Source of the DNA: Sphingomonas sp.
Lineage (GTDB): Bacteria; Pseudomonadota; Alphaproteobacteria; Sphingomonadales; Sphingomonadaceae
Length of the DNA stretch: 48,065 nucleotides
Reading direction: 5' to 3'
NCBI RefSeq assembly: GCF_042091075.1
Contig: NZ_JBELIE010000004.1
Span: 1 to 48,065 of the forward strand
Shown here: piece after piece, positions 21,485 to 35,521 of the stretch
Position numbering within the stretch: position 1 is the stretch's first letter
Layout of the letters: each line of letters starts with the position of its first letter
Program-made: the position numbers and the translations under genes
The notes under the pieces: generated by a model
What the model was told of the DNA's origin: nothing
Databases searched by the model: none
Seen by the model: the letters and a program-made list of their open reading frames with translations, nothing else

Positions 21485-22639
21485 TTAGCACGCGGCGATC
21501 AGGCGTGCGACAAAAAAGCCGTCCGTCGCGTCGTGCGCCGGGGTCAGCCGCATTCCCTGCCCGCGCGCCCGGCCAAGGGGCAGCGCCGGCATCTCGACAC
21601 GCCAGCCGGGATGGGCAGTGAGGAACGCATCGACCTGGGCGGGGCCCTCGGCATCGAGCAGCGAACAGACGATATACACCAACGCCCCACCGGGGCGAAC
21701 GCAGCCGGCGCCGATCGTCAGCACATCGCGCTGGGTCGCCGCGAAGCGCTCCAGCCGCGCCGGATCGAGCCGCCAGCGCGCTTCGGGATTGCGTCGCCAC
21801 GTGCCCGTTCCCGAACACGGCGCGTCGACCAGCACGACGTCCGCCTGGACATCGCCAAGCGCCGCCGCTTCCCGGCGCGGATCGAGCAGGCGCGTTTCGA
21901 CGATACCCACCTCTGCCTGCGCCGCCCGCGGCAGCAGTCGCGACAGACGGGCGCGATCGACGTCGCTCGCGACGATCCGTCCCTCGTTGCGCATCATCGC
22001 CGCCAGCGCGAGCGTCTTGCCGCCCGCGCCGGCGCACAGATCGAGCACGGTCATGCCCGGTTCGACACGCGCCGCGAGCGTCACCGCCTGGCTGCCCGCA
22101 TCCTGCACCTCGACCACGCCCGCCCAGCGCGACACGTCCGCACCAGCCGGCAGGCGCCATGCATCGGGCAGGCCGGGGACCGGCTGCGCATCGGGCAGAG
22201 CGGGCGGATCCGCGCGCAGCCGGTTGATACGCACATCGAGCGGCGCGCGCTCGATCAACGCCGCCTGTTCCACCGCGTCCAGCCCCGACGCGGCCAGCGC
22301 CGCCTCCAGCCACGCCGGATGCAGGCCAGGCGCCGCGCGAGGTTCATCCCCGATCGGTGCCGGTCCGTGCGGGGAGCCGTCGAAGGTCGTCGCCAGGATG
22401 GGATCCTCGTCGGCGAGCGTCAGCATCGCTGCGCGCCCGTTGGCCGGGCGCTCGCCCAGTCGCCGGATCGCGGCATAGACCAGCTCGCGCACCGCCCGCC
22501 GGTCCTTCGATCCGGCGTAACGCCGCGTCGCGAAATAGCGCGCGATCAGCGTATCCGCCGCCGCCCCGCCCTCGCGCGCGGCGATGATGATCGCATCGAG
22601 CAGCTCGATCGCGGCCTGGGTGCGCGCGGCGGGCGTCAT
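21485..22639 (-). CDS. RsmB/NOP family RNA m5C methyltransferase
   Basis: RRYAGSKDRR, VQDAGSQ, DLCAGAGGKT, DAPCSGTGTWRRNPE, VCSLL..E, TDGFF. Confidence 0.9.
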   Translation of the reverse strand: MTPAARTQAAIELLDAIIIAAREGGAAADTLIARYFATRRYAGSKDRRAVRELVYAAIRRLGERPANGRAAMLTLADEDPILATTFDGSPHGPAPIGDEPRAAPGLHPAWLEAALAASGLDAVEQAALIERAPLDVRINRLRADPPALPDAQPVPGLPDAWRLPAGADVSRWAGVVEVQDAGSQAVTLAARVEPGMTVLDLCAGAGGKTLALAAMMRNEGRIVASDVDRARLSRLLPRAAQAEVGIVETRLLDPRREAAALGDVQADVVLVDAPCSGTGTWRRNPEARWRLDPARLERFAATQRDVLTIGAGCVRPGGALVYIVCSLLDAEGPAQVDAFLTAHPGWRVEMPALPLGRARGQGMRLTPAHDATDGFFVARLIAAC

Positions 22640-22645
22640 GACCGG

Positions 22646-25692
<3,047 letters not shown>

Positions 25693-25754
25693 CATTAGCC
25701 GTCACGCCGGACTTGCCCACGGCCCCCGGTTCCGCGTGGCGGACTGATAAACGA

Positions 25755-25786
25755 GGTGGGGGCGGCCGGATAAGCCGCCCCGCACC
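25755..25786 (-). terminator. Probable intrinsic terminator of pckA
   Basis: GC-rich stem ggtg-ggggcggc / gccgcccc-gcacc, 8 nt past the pckA stop and followed by TCGTTTAT on the minus strand. Confidence 0.6.
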
Positions 25787-25793
25787 CTGAACG

Positions 25794-27401
<1,608 letters not shown>

Positions 27402-27454
27402 TGGTCCGTCCTCTTCCTCTGTCCTTCGCCCTGCCGGGCGGCATCCGTTTTTCG

Positions 27455-27483
27455 GGATTACAGGGCGGTAAACCTGCCGTCAA
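27455..27483 (-). promoter_or_regulatory. Putative pckA promoter
   Basis: TTGACG-N17-TAATCC. Confidence 0.55.
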
Positions 27484-27516
27484 ACATGTTAAACACGGCG
27501 TGACGCAGGCGCGCCA

Positions 27517-27545
27517 TTGAGCATGTGCCAGCTTTGGACTACCGC
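27517..27545 (+). promoter_or_regulatory. Putative chvI promoter
   Basis: TTGAGC-N17-TACCGC, about 30 nt before the ATG at 27576. Confidence 0.4.
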
Positions 27546-27575
27546 AAGGGTCGCCATGATCCGACGGAAGCAACG

Positions 27576-28280
27576 ATGACTGCCACGATCGCGCTGGTCG
27601 ACGACGATCGCAACATCCTCACCTCGGTATCGATCCAGTTACAGGCCGAAGGGTTCCTGACGCGCGTCTATTCGGATGGCGAAACCGCGCTGAAGGCGCT
27701 GACCGACAATCCGCCGGATCTGGCGATCTTCGATATCAAGATGCCCAAGATGGACGGGCTGGAACTGCTGCGCCGCGTCCGCGAGAAAAGCCAGATGCCG
27801 GTCATCTTCCTGACCAGCAAGGACGACGAGCTGGACGAGGCGCTCGGGCTGGCGATGGGCGCGGACGATTATATCGCCAAGCCGTTCAGCCCACGGCTGC
27901 TGATCGCCCGGATCCGCGCGATCCTGCGCCGGACGGACATCGCGAGCGCCAGCGACGCCGGGGAGATCGAAACCCAGGGGCCGATCGAACGCGGGCGGCT
28001 GGTGATGGATCCGGCGCGCCATCGCGTCACCTGGGGCGGCGAAGCGGTGACGCTGACCGTCACCGAATTCCTGATCCTCGAAACGCTCGCGCAGCGCCCC
28101 GGCATCGTCAAGACGCGCAATCAGTTGATGGACGCGGCCTATCAGGACGACATCTACGTCGACGATCGCACCATCGACTCTCATATCAAGCGCGTGCGAC
28201 GCAAATTCCGAGAGGTCGACCCGTCCTTCGACTCGATCGAGACCCTGTATGGCGCCGGTTATCGCTTCTCCGAGGAGTGA
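27576..28280 (+). CDS. chvI: ChvI OmpR-family response regulator
   Basis: [52 protein letters not shown]. Divergent from pckA, as is typical for chvI. Confidence 0.93.
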   Translation: MTATIALVDDDRNILTSVSIQLQAEGFLTRVYSDGETALKALTDNPPDLAIFDIKMPKMDGLELLRRVREKSQMPVIFLTSKDDELDEALGLAMGADDYIAKPFSPRLLIARIRAILRRTDIASASDAGEIETQGPIERGRLVMDPARHRVTWGGEAVTLTVTEFLILETLAQRPGIVKTRNQLMDAAYQDDIYVDDRTIDSHIKRVRRKFREVDPSFDSIETLYGAGYRFSEE

Positions 28281-29823
28281 CGCGGTCGAGCCGGCGATCC
28301 GATGGTCGGGCCGGGTCTCGCTCACGCCGCGGATCCTGGCCGTCAATATTATGGCGCTGTTGCTGCTGGCGGGAGGATTCTTCTACCTCGATTCGTTTCG
28401 TACCCGTATCCTCGACACGCGCGCCGACCAGGCCCAACGCGAGGCGCGGCTGATGGCGGAGGCGCTGGCGGCGGCGGATGCCAGCCAGCGCGCGGCGCTG
28501 ATCGCGCGAATGGCGCGCGATACCGGCACGCGGCTGCGCCTTTACGATCGCGCGGGCGCGCTGCTGGCGGACAGCCGATCGCTGGGCGTCGCCAATTTCC
28601 GGCTGCGCTATCCCGATAACGACGGGCTGAGCCGACGAAGTGCGCGTTGGCTGGACGCCGCGATCGACACGATCGTGCGCGCCCCGCTTGCCCCCGGTTA
28701 TCGCGAGCGACGCGATGGCCGCGACTGGCCCGATGTCGCGCAGGCCCAGCGGCGCGGCGCCACGTCGGTGACGGTCTGGCGCGCGCCCGATCGGACCCCG
28801 GTGATCACCGCCGCCGCGCCACTCGCCCCCGGCCTGGCGCTGATGTCGACGGTCAACGCGCGCGACGTCACGGAGCGGGTGCGGCAGGAGCGGTTCCGCC
28901 TGAGCGTCGTCGTGCTGGTGGCGGCGGTGATTTCGATCGCCTTGTCGCTGTTCCTCGCCCGGACGATCGTGGGGCCACTACGGCGACTGGCGCGTGCCGC
29001 CGTGCGGGTGCGCCTCGGCCGCGCGCGCGAGGTGGTGGTGCCGCGCCTGCCAGCGCGCCGCGACGAGATCGGCATGCTCGCCCGCGCGCTGTCCGACATG
29101 AGTCTCGCATTGCGCGCGCGCATCGACGCGACCGAGGCATTCGCCGCCGACGTGACCCACGAACTGAAGAACCCCCTCGCCTCGCTTCGCTCCGCGGTGG
29201 ACGGGCTGGAACGGGTGGCGGACCCCGACCTGCGGCAGCGGCTGTTCGCGATCGTCAAGGATGACGTCCACCGCCTTGACCGGCTGATCAGCGACATTTC
29301 CGATGCATCGCGGCTCGACGCGCAACTTAGCCGCGCGACGTTCGAGCCGGTCGATGTCGAGGCGATGATCGGGGCGATGGTCGACGAACGCCATGAGCGC
29401 GGCCTGCCGAACGGGGTTCGCCTGCATTTCGATGCCAGCGATCCCCACCGTTTATGGGCGCTCGGCGAAGGTTCTCGGCTGGAGCGCGTGTTCGCCAATC
29501 TGCTCGATAATGCGATCTCCTTCTCGCCCGACGGGGGGCTGGTGACGATCGCCGCGCGCCGCGTATCTGGCTCTCTGGAGGTGCGGGTGGAGGATGAAGG
29601 GCCCGGCGTACCGCTTGAGGCGCATGAAGCGATCTTTCGCCGGTTTCATTCGGTTCGTCCCACGGAGGAGCAGTTCGGGCAGCATTCCGGGCTCGGCCTT
29701 GCGATCGCGCGGACGATCGTCGAGGCGCATCAGGGCGAGATCGTGGTCGAGGCGCGCGAGGATCGTTTGAGCGGCGCGCGCTTCGTGGTCCGTTTACCGC
29801 TGGCGGTGCAGGATGCGGTATGA
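28249..29823 (+). CDS. chvG: ChvG sensor histidine kinase
   Basis: [10 protein letters not shown] plus TM, RLRLYD, second TM, HAMP (RRDEIG.L), [28 protein letters not shown]. Confidence 0.9.
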   Translation: MAPVIASPRSDAVEPAIRWSGRVSLTPRILAVNIMALLLLAGGFFYLDSFRTRILDTRADQAQREARLMAEALAAADASQRAALIARMARDTGTRLRLYDRAGALLADSRSLGVANFRLRYPDNDGLSRRSARWLDAAIDTIVRAPLAPGYRERRDGRDWPDVAQAQRRGATSVTVWRAPDRTPVITAAAPLAPGLALMSTVNARDVTERVRQERFRLSVVVLVAAVISIALSLFLARTIVGPLRRLARAAVRVRLGRAREVVVPRLPARRDEIGMLARALSDMSLALRARIDATEAFAADVTHELKNPLASLRSAVDGLERVADPDLRQRLFAIVKDDVHRLDRLISDISDASRLDAQLSRATFEPVDVEAMIGAMVDERHERGLPNGVRLHFDASDPHRLWALGEGSRLERVFANLLDNAISFSPDGGLVTIAARRVSGSLEVRVEDEGPGVPLEAHEAIFRRFHSVRPTEEQFGQHSGLGLAIARTIVEAHQGEIVVEAREDRLSGARFVVRLPLAVQDAV

Positions 29824-30248
29824 ACGACGCGGTGACGATCCATGCGACGACGGTGGCGATCCGTGGATGCGCGGTGCTGCTGCGTGGCGAATCGGGGGCG
29901 GGCAAATCCGATCTCGCGTTGCGGCTGATCGATCGCGGCGCGGAACTGGTGGCTGACGATTATACGATCATCACCCGCGACGGCGCACAACTCGCCGCCG
30001 GGGCACCGGCGACGATCGCCGGCCGGATGGAGGTGCGCGGCGTCGGCATCGTCGACTGGCCCTATCGCGTGATCGCCCCCGTCGCGCTGTCGGTGGTGCT
30101 CGGCGTCGAGAACGAACGCATGCCCGATGCGCGCATACTGACGCTGGTGGGGATCGATGTGCCCGAGATCACCATCGACCCACGCTGGCCCAGCGCCCCG
30201 ATCAAGGTGGAATGGGCGCTGACCCACCTGAAGGAACCGCACGCATGA
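29820..30248 (+). CDS. hprK: Short alphaproteobacterial HPr kinase/phosphorylase
   Basis: IHATTV, GESGAGKSDLALRL, LVADD, GRMEVRGVGI. Lacks the Firmicute N-terminal domain. Confidence 0.88.
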   Translation: MNDAVTIHATTVAIRGCAVLLRGESGAGKSDLALRLIDRGAELVADDYTIITRDGAQLAAGAPATIAGRMEVRGVGIVDWPYRVIAPVALSVVLGVENERMPDARILTLVGIDVPEITIDPRWPSAPIKVEWALTHLKEPHA

Positions 30249-31150
30249 CCGAAGTGCTGCTCGTGACCGGGATGGCGGGTGCGGGGAAGACCACCGTGCT
30301 CAAGACGCTCGAGGACCTGGGGTGGGAAACCGTCGACAATATCCCATTGTCCCTGCTGTCGCGGGTGGTTCTCGGGCCCGACGCACAGCCGTCGCAGCAC
30401 GCGATGCGGCCGATCGCCTTTGGGGTCGGTGCGCGCACGCGCGATTTCGACCCGGAGGCGCTGATCCGCCGCGTGGAGCAGTTGCGCACGATCGACGGCG
30501 TCAGCGTCGAGGTGCTGTTTCTCGATTGTTCGGGGCGCGAACTGGCGCGGCGTTATGCCGAAACGCGGCGCCGTCACCCGCTGGCGGAGGACCGGCCTGC
30601 GAGTGAAGGAATCGCGCAGGAGCGCACCTTGCTGGCGCCGCTGCGCTCCTGGTCCGACCGGCTGATCGACACCACGCGGCTGAAGGCGAATGCGCTGGCG
30701 CAGGACATTCGCCGCGCTTTCGAGCGCGACAGCGGCGGCACGACGACGCTGATCGTCGAATCGTTCGGCTTCTCGCGCGGGGTGCCGACCGCGGTCGACC
30801 TCGTGTTCGACATGCGGTTCCTGCGCAATCCGCATTGGGAACCCGGTTTGCGCGCGCGCACCGGCAAGGAAGCCGTGGTGGCGGACTATATCGCGTCGGA
30901 CCCCGCCTATGACGAGGCGCTGACGCGGATCGAGGATCTGCTTCTGTTGCTGCTGCCGCGCTATCATGCTGAGGGCAAACCCTATGTGACGATCGCCTTC
31001 GGCTGTACCGGAGGGAAACACCACTCGGTTCATGTCGCCGAACGTGTCGGTCTTCGGTTGCGTAACGCCGGATTTTCCCCCACCATTACGCACCGCGACC
31101 TGCCGGGCCATGCGCAGGATGCGATCGAGGAACGGCCGCAGGGTCAATGA
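30245..31150 (+). CDS. rapZ: RNase adapter RapZ (YhbJ/YvcJ)
   Basis: VTGMAGAGKT..L..LEDLG, VDNIP, RYAETRRRHPL, SFGFSRG, DMRFLRNPHW, GCTGGKHHS. Confidence 0.92.
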   Translation: MTEVLLVTGMAGAGKTTVLKTLEDLGWETVDNIPLSLLSRVVLGPDAQPSQHAMRPIAFGVGARTRDFDPEALIRRVEQLRTIDGVSVEVLFLDCSGRELARRYAETRRRHPLAEDRPASEGIAQERTLLAPLRSWSDRLIDTTRLKANALAQDIRRAFERDSGGTTTLIVESFGFSRGVPTAVDLVFDMRFLRNPHWEPGLRARTGKEAVVADYIASDPAYDEALTRIEDLLLLLLPRYHAEGKPYVTIAFGCTGGKHHSVHVAERVGLRLRNAGFSPTITHRDLPGHAQDAIEERPQGQ

Positions 31151-31587
31151 ACGGAAATTCTAACGCTATGATCGGACCCATGATCGGTCTGGTGCTTGTC
31201 ACCCACGGCCGTCTTGCGGACGAGTTCGTGACCGCGATGGAGCATGTCGTCGGCCCGCAGAAGCAGGTGCGGACGGTCGCGATCGGCCCTGACGACGATA
31301 TGGAGGCGCGGCGCGCCGATATCGCCGGCGCGATCGCCGAGGTGGACGACGGGCGCGGCGTGATCGTGCTGACCGATCTGTTCGGGGGGACGCCCTCCAA
31401 TCTCGCGATCTCGCTGATGGAACGTGGCCGTGTCGAGGTGATTGCGGGGATCAACCTGCCGATGCTGATCCGGCTTGAATCGGCACGCAAGGCGATGACC
31501 GTCGTCGCCGCGGTGGCCGCCGCCCGCGAGGCGGGACGCAAATATATCTCGGTCGCGTCCGAGGTGCTCGGCGAGGCCGCGGCTTGA
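31147..31587 (+). CDS. PTS EIIA component, mannose family (ManX-like)
   Basis: MIGLVLVTHG, TDLFGGTPSN, GINLPML. Alternative start at 31180. Confidence 0.92.
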   Translation: MNGNSNAMIGPMIGLVLVTHGRLADEFVTAMEHVVGPQKQVRTVAIGPDDDMEARRADIAGAIAEVDDGRGVIVLTDLFGGTPSNLAISLMERGRVEVIAGINLPMLIRLESARKAMTVVAAVAAAREAGRKYISVASEVLGEAAA

Positions 31588-31853
31588 CCGTCTCGCGGAC
31601 CGTCGAGGTAACCAACCGTCGCGGATTGCACGCGCGCGCGAGCGCCAAGTTCGTGACGCTGGCCGCCAGCCAGCCGATCCCGGTACAGGTGGCGAAGGGC
31701 GCGTCGGAGGTGACGGGCACGTCGATCATGGGCCTGATGATGCTGGGCGCCGCCAAGGGCGACTTGATCACGATCAGCGCGCGGGGCGACGCCGCCGAGG
31801 ATGTGGTGGCGACAATGTGTGCGCTGGTGGAGGGCAAGTTCGGGGAGGAGTGA
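31584..31853 (+). CDS. ptsH: HPr family phosphocarrier protein
   Basis: NRRGLHARASAKFV (His15 equivalent), GTSIMGLMMLGA (Ser46 equivalent), KFGEE. Confidence 0.92.
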   Translation: MTVSRTVEVTNRRGLHARASAKFVTLAASQPIPVQVAKGASEVTGTSIMGLMMLGAAKGDLITISARGDAAEDVVATMCALVEGKFGEE

Positions 31854-31871
31854 TCCGCCCGACGCTCGACT

Positions 31872-32672
31872 ATGCCCCGCACGATCACCGCTTATTCGAA
31901 TCCGCTCGTCAAACGGGTGCAGGCGCTGCGCGACAAGCGCCATCGTCGCGAGGAAGGGCTGTTCCTTGCCGAGGGGTTGCGGATCCTCACCGAGGCGCGG
32001 GAGACTGGCCGCATCCCGCGCTTTCTGTTCTTCGCCGCCGCCAGCGCCGCGCATCCCCTGGTACGCGCGCTCGTCACCGCGGTGGAGGATCATGGCGGCG
32101 AGGCGATCGAGACCACCCCCGACATCCTCTCCAAACTATCGGGGAAGGACAATTCGCAGGCGGTCGTCGGTGTGTTCGCCACCTTCGAGGCGCAATTGGC
32201 CGACCTCGATCGCCGCCGTGCGTCCTTGTGGCTGGTAGCCGAGCGGCTGCGCGATCCGGGCAATCTCGGCACGATCCTGCGCACCGGCGACGCGGTCGGT
32301 GCCGGCGCGCTGATCCTGGTCGATGAGTGCGTCGATCCCTTTTCCACCGAGGCGGTGCGCGCCAGCATGGGCGCGCTGTTCACGGTGCCGATCGTGCGCA
32401 CGCCATGGGACCCGTTCATCACGTGGCTGCGCTCGGGGCCGGGGCAATTGGTCGGGTTGAGCCTGCAGACCGAGGAGGGCTATCGCGACGCGCCTTACAC
32501 CGCGCCGACCTTCCTGTTGACCGGCAACGAGGCGCAGGGCCTGCCCGAACATTATGAGGCGGCGTGCGACCTGCTGGTGAAATTGCCGATGCGCGGCAAG
32601 GCCGACAGCCTTAACGCCGCCGTCGCGACCGCGGTGATGGCCTATGAGGTGCTGGCACGCCACAAGGGGTAA
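31872..32672 (+). CDS. TrmH/SpoU family RNA methyltransferase
   Basis: SNPLVK, FLAEG, RDPGNLGTILRT, VRASMGA, GNEAQGL, SLNAAVA. Confidence 0.92.
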   Translation: MPRTITAYSNPLVKRVQALRDKRHRREEGLFLAEGLRILTEARETGRIPRFLFFAAASAAHPLVRALVTAVEDHGGEAIETTPDILSKLSGKDNSQAVVGVFATFEAQLADLDRRRASLWLVAERLRDPGNLGTILRTGDAVGAGALILVDECVDPFSTEAVRASMGALFTVPIVRTPWDPFITWLRSGPGQLVGLSLQTEEGYRDAPYTAPTFLLTGNEAQGLPEHYEAACDLLVKLPMRGKADSLNAAVATAVMAYEVLARHKG

Positions 32673-32677
32673 TCCCA

Positions 32678-32763
32678 TCGAACCCCAGTGGCGGCTGGGG
32701 ACCGACCGCCCGAAAGGCCATCGCTGGAGTACCACCAACGCCCCCGGCCTTCAGCGGTTGTCG
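32678..32763. repeat. Decayed second copy of the bipartite REP-like element
   Basis: accccagtggcggctgggg (32682-32700) matches accccggcgaaggctgggg of the 2322 element at 15/19. gcccccggccttcagcggttgtcg (32740-32763) resembles the ideal right arm gaccccagccttcgccggggtgacg. Confidence 0.5.
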
Positions 32764-32835
32764 CCAGAATATGTGTGGGCGCGTGTGTGTATCGATCCGC
32801 TCGCCGCTGTCGGTTACAGGCGACCCACCATCGCG

Positions 32836-34215
32836 CTATTCCGCCGCATCCTCCACGACTGACAGCTTGGTCAACGGCCGCACCGCCTGTTCGCCGACCG
32901 GCAGCGTGTCGATCGACTTGTTGCCCGTATCGATATTGAGCGTCTCGAACCGGCGCGCGCTGGTCAGCACCTGGCTTTCGAGGCTGCCGACGAAGGCGTT
33001 ATAGGCCCCCATCGCGGTATCGAGATTCTTGCCCAGCCTGGCGACATGCCCACCCATCACCGCCAGTCGCTGATACAATTCCTTGCCCAGCGCGCCGATC
33101 TCCTGCGCCTCACGGGCCAGCTTCTCCTGCCGCCACACCGCCGAAACGGTGCGCGCGATCGCGATCAGATTGGTCGGCGTCGCCAGCAGGACACGGCGAT
33201 CGAAGGCATAATCCCATAGCGACGGATCATGCTCCAGCGCGGCGGACAGGAAATGCTCGCCGGGCACGAACATCACCACATATTCAGGCGCATCGTCAAA
33301 TTGCGTCCAATAGGCTTTATTGCCCAGCGCATTGACATGGCTACGCATCGATTGGGCATGCGCCGCCAGGCCGATCTGCCGCTCTCCTTCGTCCACCGCC
33401 CCGAACGCGTCCTGATAGGCGTTGAGCGATACCTTCGCATCGATGATCAGCGACTTGCCACCCGGTACATGGACGATCGCATCGGGGCGCAACCGCCCCC
33501 CATCCTCCGCCGCGACCGACACTTCCATGCGAAAATCGGTATGCTCGGCAAGACCGCAGCTTTCGAGCACGTTGCGCAGTTGCTGTTCACCCCAGCGCCC
33601 GCGCGCCTTGGGCGCATTGCGCAACGCATTGACCAGTTTGGCGGCCTCCCCCGAGACGCGCTCCTGCCCGACGCGCATCGCTTCGATCTGGCCGTGCAGC
33701 TGACCGAAGGCGTCGCGCCGCTCCGCCTCGATCTTCGCCACGCCTTCCTCATAGCGTTGCAGACGATCATTGACGGGCTGCAACAGCGCCTTCAGGCCCT
33801 GCCCCGCCTTTTCCTCGGACTGGCGCAGCCGTGCATCGGCGCGCTCCAGAAACGCCTTTTGCGCATCCGACAGCGTCTGATGCGCGACCTCGCGAAAGCG
33901 TAGCGTCATCTCGTCTGAGGCGGCTTTGAGATCGGCGATACGCTGTTCCGCGGCGCGCCCCTCGGCCATCAGCCGCGAGACATCCAGCCGCGCCGCATCC
34001 CGCTCTTGCCGCAACTCCGCCACTTCCTGCCGAAGCGCGTCGCCGTGACGCACCCGCTCCTCGGCGGCGGCAAGGTCGGTGATCGCGCGCTTGAACTGCT
34101 CGGCATGGGCATCACGCTCCGCGCGGAACCCCGTCGCTTCCCGACGACCGAACAACCAGCCCAGGATCAGTCCGGCGGCAAGCGCCAGCAACGCAAAGAG
34201 GAAAATGTCGGCCAT
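32836..34215 (-). CDS. rmuC: DNA recombination protein RmuC
   Basis: N-terminal TM, coiled coil, PKARGRWGEQQL, RPDAIV..PGG, IIDAKVSL, VMFVPGE, ATPTNLIA. Start reassigned to MADIFLF. Confidence 0.93.
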   Translation of the reverse strand: MADIFLFALLALAAGLILGWLFGRREATGFRAERDAHAEQFKRAITDLAAAEERVRHGDALRQEVAELRQERDAARLDVSRLMAEGRAAEQRIADLKAASDEMTLRFREVAHQTLSDAQKAFLERADARLRQSEEKAGQGLKALLQPVNDRLQRYEEGVAKIEAERRDAFGQLHGQIEAMRVGQERVSGEAAKLVNALRNAPKARGRWGEQQLRNVLESCGLAEHTDFRMEVSVAAEDGGRLRPDAIVHVPGGKSLIIDAKVSLNAYQDAFGAVDEGERQIGLAAHAQSMRSHVNALGNKAYWTQFDDAPEYVVMFVPGEHFLSAALEHDPSLWDYAFDRRVLLATPTNLIAIARTVSAVWRQEKLAREAQEIGALGKELYQRLAVMGGHVARLGKNLDTAMGAYNAFVGSLESQVLTSARRFETLNIDTGNKSIDTLPVGEQAVRPLTKLSVVEDAAE

Positions 34216-34220
34216 CACCG

Positions 34221-34235
34221 GAACATAGATCGAAC
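34221..34235 (-). promoter_or_regulatory. LexA (SOS) box, alphaproteobacterial GTTC-N7-GTTC, overlapping the rmuC promoter
   Basis: Minus strand reads GTTC gatctat GTTC, 5 nt upstream of the ATG. It overlaps the -10 TATGTT of a TTGCAT-N18-TATGTT promoter (34222-34251). Confidence 0.75.
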
Positions 34236-34283
34236 GGGGCATCGCATGCAATATGCGTCAGGCCGATGGTCCGCGCGTCGCGC

Positions 34284-34820
34284 TCACCCCCCGCGGCGCA
34301 GCTTGTCGAGTTTCTTCATCAGCATGCCGCGCTTCAACCGCGAGATATGGTCGATGAACAGCACCCCGTTGAGATGGTCGATCTCATGCTGCATGCACGT
34401 CGCCATCAAGCCGTCATATTCGGCTTCATGACGCTCCCCCGCCAGATCGAGCCATGTCACGCGGCACCGTGCGGGGCGTGTCACCTCGGCATATTGCTCG
34501 GGGATCGAGAGGCAGCCTTCGCTATAGGTCGACAGCTCGTCGCTGACCCAGGTGATCGCCGGATTGATATAGGCGTGCGGCGCACGCACCGCCTCCGGGG
34601 CGGGATCCTCCTCCTCGGTCTCACGATCCTGCAGGTCGATGACGACGATCCGTTGCATGATGCCGACCTGGATCGCCGCAAGCCCGATCCCGCGCGCATC
34701 GTACATCGTCTCGAACATGTCGGCGACGATGCCGCGCACCTCGTCGGTGATCGCATCAACGGGCGCACAGGTTTCGCGCAATCGCGCGTCGGGAACTTCG
34801 ACGATTGGAAGAATGGCCAT
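34284..34820 (-). CDS. def: Peptide deformylase
   Basis: GIGLAAIQVG, EGCLSIP, QHEIDHLNG. Confidence 0.97.
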   Translation of the reverse strand: MAILPIVEVPDARLRETCAPVDAITDEVRGIVADMFETMYDARGIGLAAIQVGIMQRIVVIDLQDRETEEEDPAPEAVRAPHAYINPAITWVSDELSTYSEGCLSIPEQYAEVTRPARCRVTWLDLAGERHEAEYDGLMATCMQHEIDHLNGVLFIDHISRLKRGMLMKKLDKLRRGG

Positions 34821-34826
34821 CGGCGC

Positions 34827-34855
34827 GAGCTAAGTGTCGTGACGCTGCCCGTCAA
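34827..34855 (-). promoter_or_regulatory. Putative def promoter, leaderless geometry
   Basis: TTGACG-N17-TAGCTC-N6-ATG. Confidence 0.55.
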
Positions 34856-34871
34856 GCAAGCGGACCGCGCC

Positions 34872-35468
34872 TCACCCCACCGGACGGCGCGCGCGCAGCG
34901 CCTGCGCCAGCGTGCCCTCGTCAAGATAATCCAGCTCGCCCCCGACCGGCAGGCCATGCGCCAGTTGCGTCAGCCGGATCGGGAAGCGCTCCAGCCGTTC
35001 CGCCAGATAATGCGCGGTGGTTTGCCCCTCCAGCGTCGCGTTCATCGCCAGAACGACCTCATCGATGCCGCCCTGGTCGATCCGCCGGATCAGCGAATCG
35101 ATCGCCAGATCGTCCGGTCGCACGCCCTCCAGCGCCGACAAGCGGCCGCCGAGGACGTGGAAACGGCCCGGAAACAGCCGCGACCGTTCGAGCGCCCACA
35201 GATCGCTGACATCCTCCACCACGCACAATGCGCGCGCATCGCGCCGGGGGTCGGCGCAGATCGCGCAGGGATCGCTGGTGTCGACATTGCCGCAGATCGA
35301 GCAGGTCGACAGCCGCTCCTCCACCGCCATCAGCGCCGAACGCAACGGGGCGAGCGCCGCCTCGCGCTTCTTGACGAGGTGCAGCACCGCGCGGCGTGCG
35401 GATCGCGGACCGAAGCCGGGAAGCCGCGCCAGCGCGCTGGTCAGCGCCTCGATTTCGGGGGATGCCAT
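34872..35468 (-). CDS. recR: Recombination mediator RecR
   Basis: [11 protein letters not shown] (HhH), CSICGN...CAIC zinc finger, [21 protein letters not shown]. Confidence 0.97.
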   Translation of the reverse strand: MASPEIEALTSALARLPGFGPRSARRAVLHLVKKREAALAPLRSALMAVEERLSTCSICGNVDTSDPCAICADPRRDARALCVVEDVSDLWALERSRLFPGRFHVLGGRLSALEGVRPDDLAIDSLIRRIDQGGIDEVVLAMNATLEGQTTAHYLAERLERFPIRLTQLAHGLPVGGELDYLDEGTLAQALRARRPVG

Positions 35469-35474
35469 CAGGAA

Positions 35475-35503
35475 CAGATAGGGGGTTGCGCCGCCGCCCG
35501 CCA
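35475..35503 (-). promoter_or_regulatory. Putative recR promoter, leaderless geometry
   Basis: TGGCGG-N17-TATCTG-N6-ATG within the 53-bp recR/fmt divergent gap. Confidence 0.4.
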
Positions 35504-35521
35504 GCGCGTTGAAGCGCAGGC

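Noticed and set aside
32673-32835. Possible tRNA, tmRNA or riboswitch (GGTTCGA on the minus strand)
   Set aside because: No cloverleaf, CCA end or aptamer consensus is recognisable. It is better explained as a decayed palindromic repeat.
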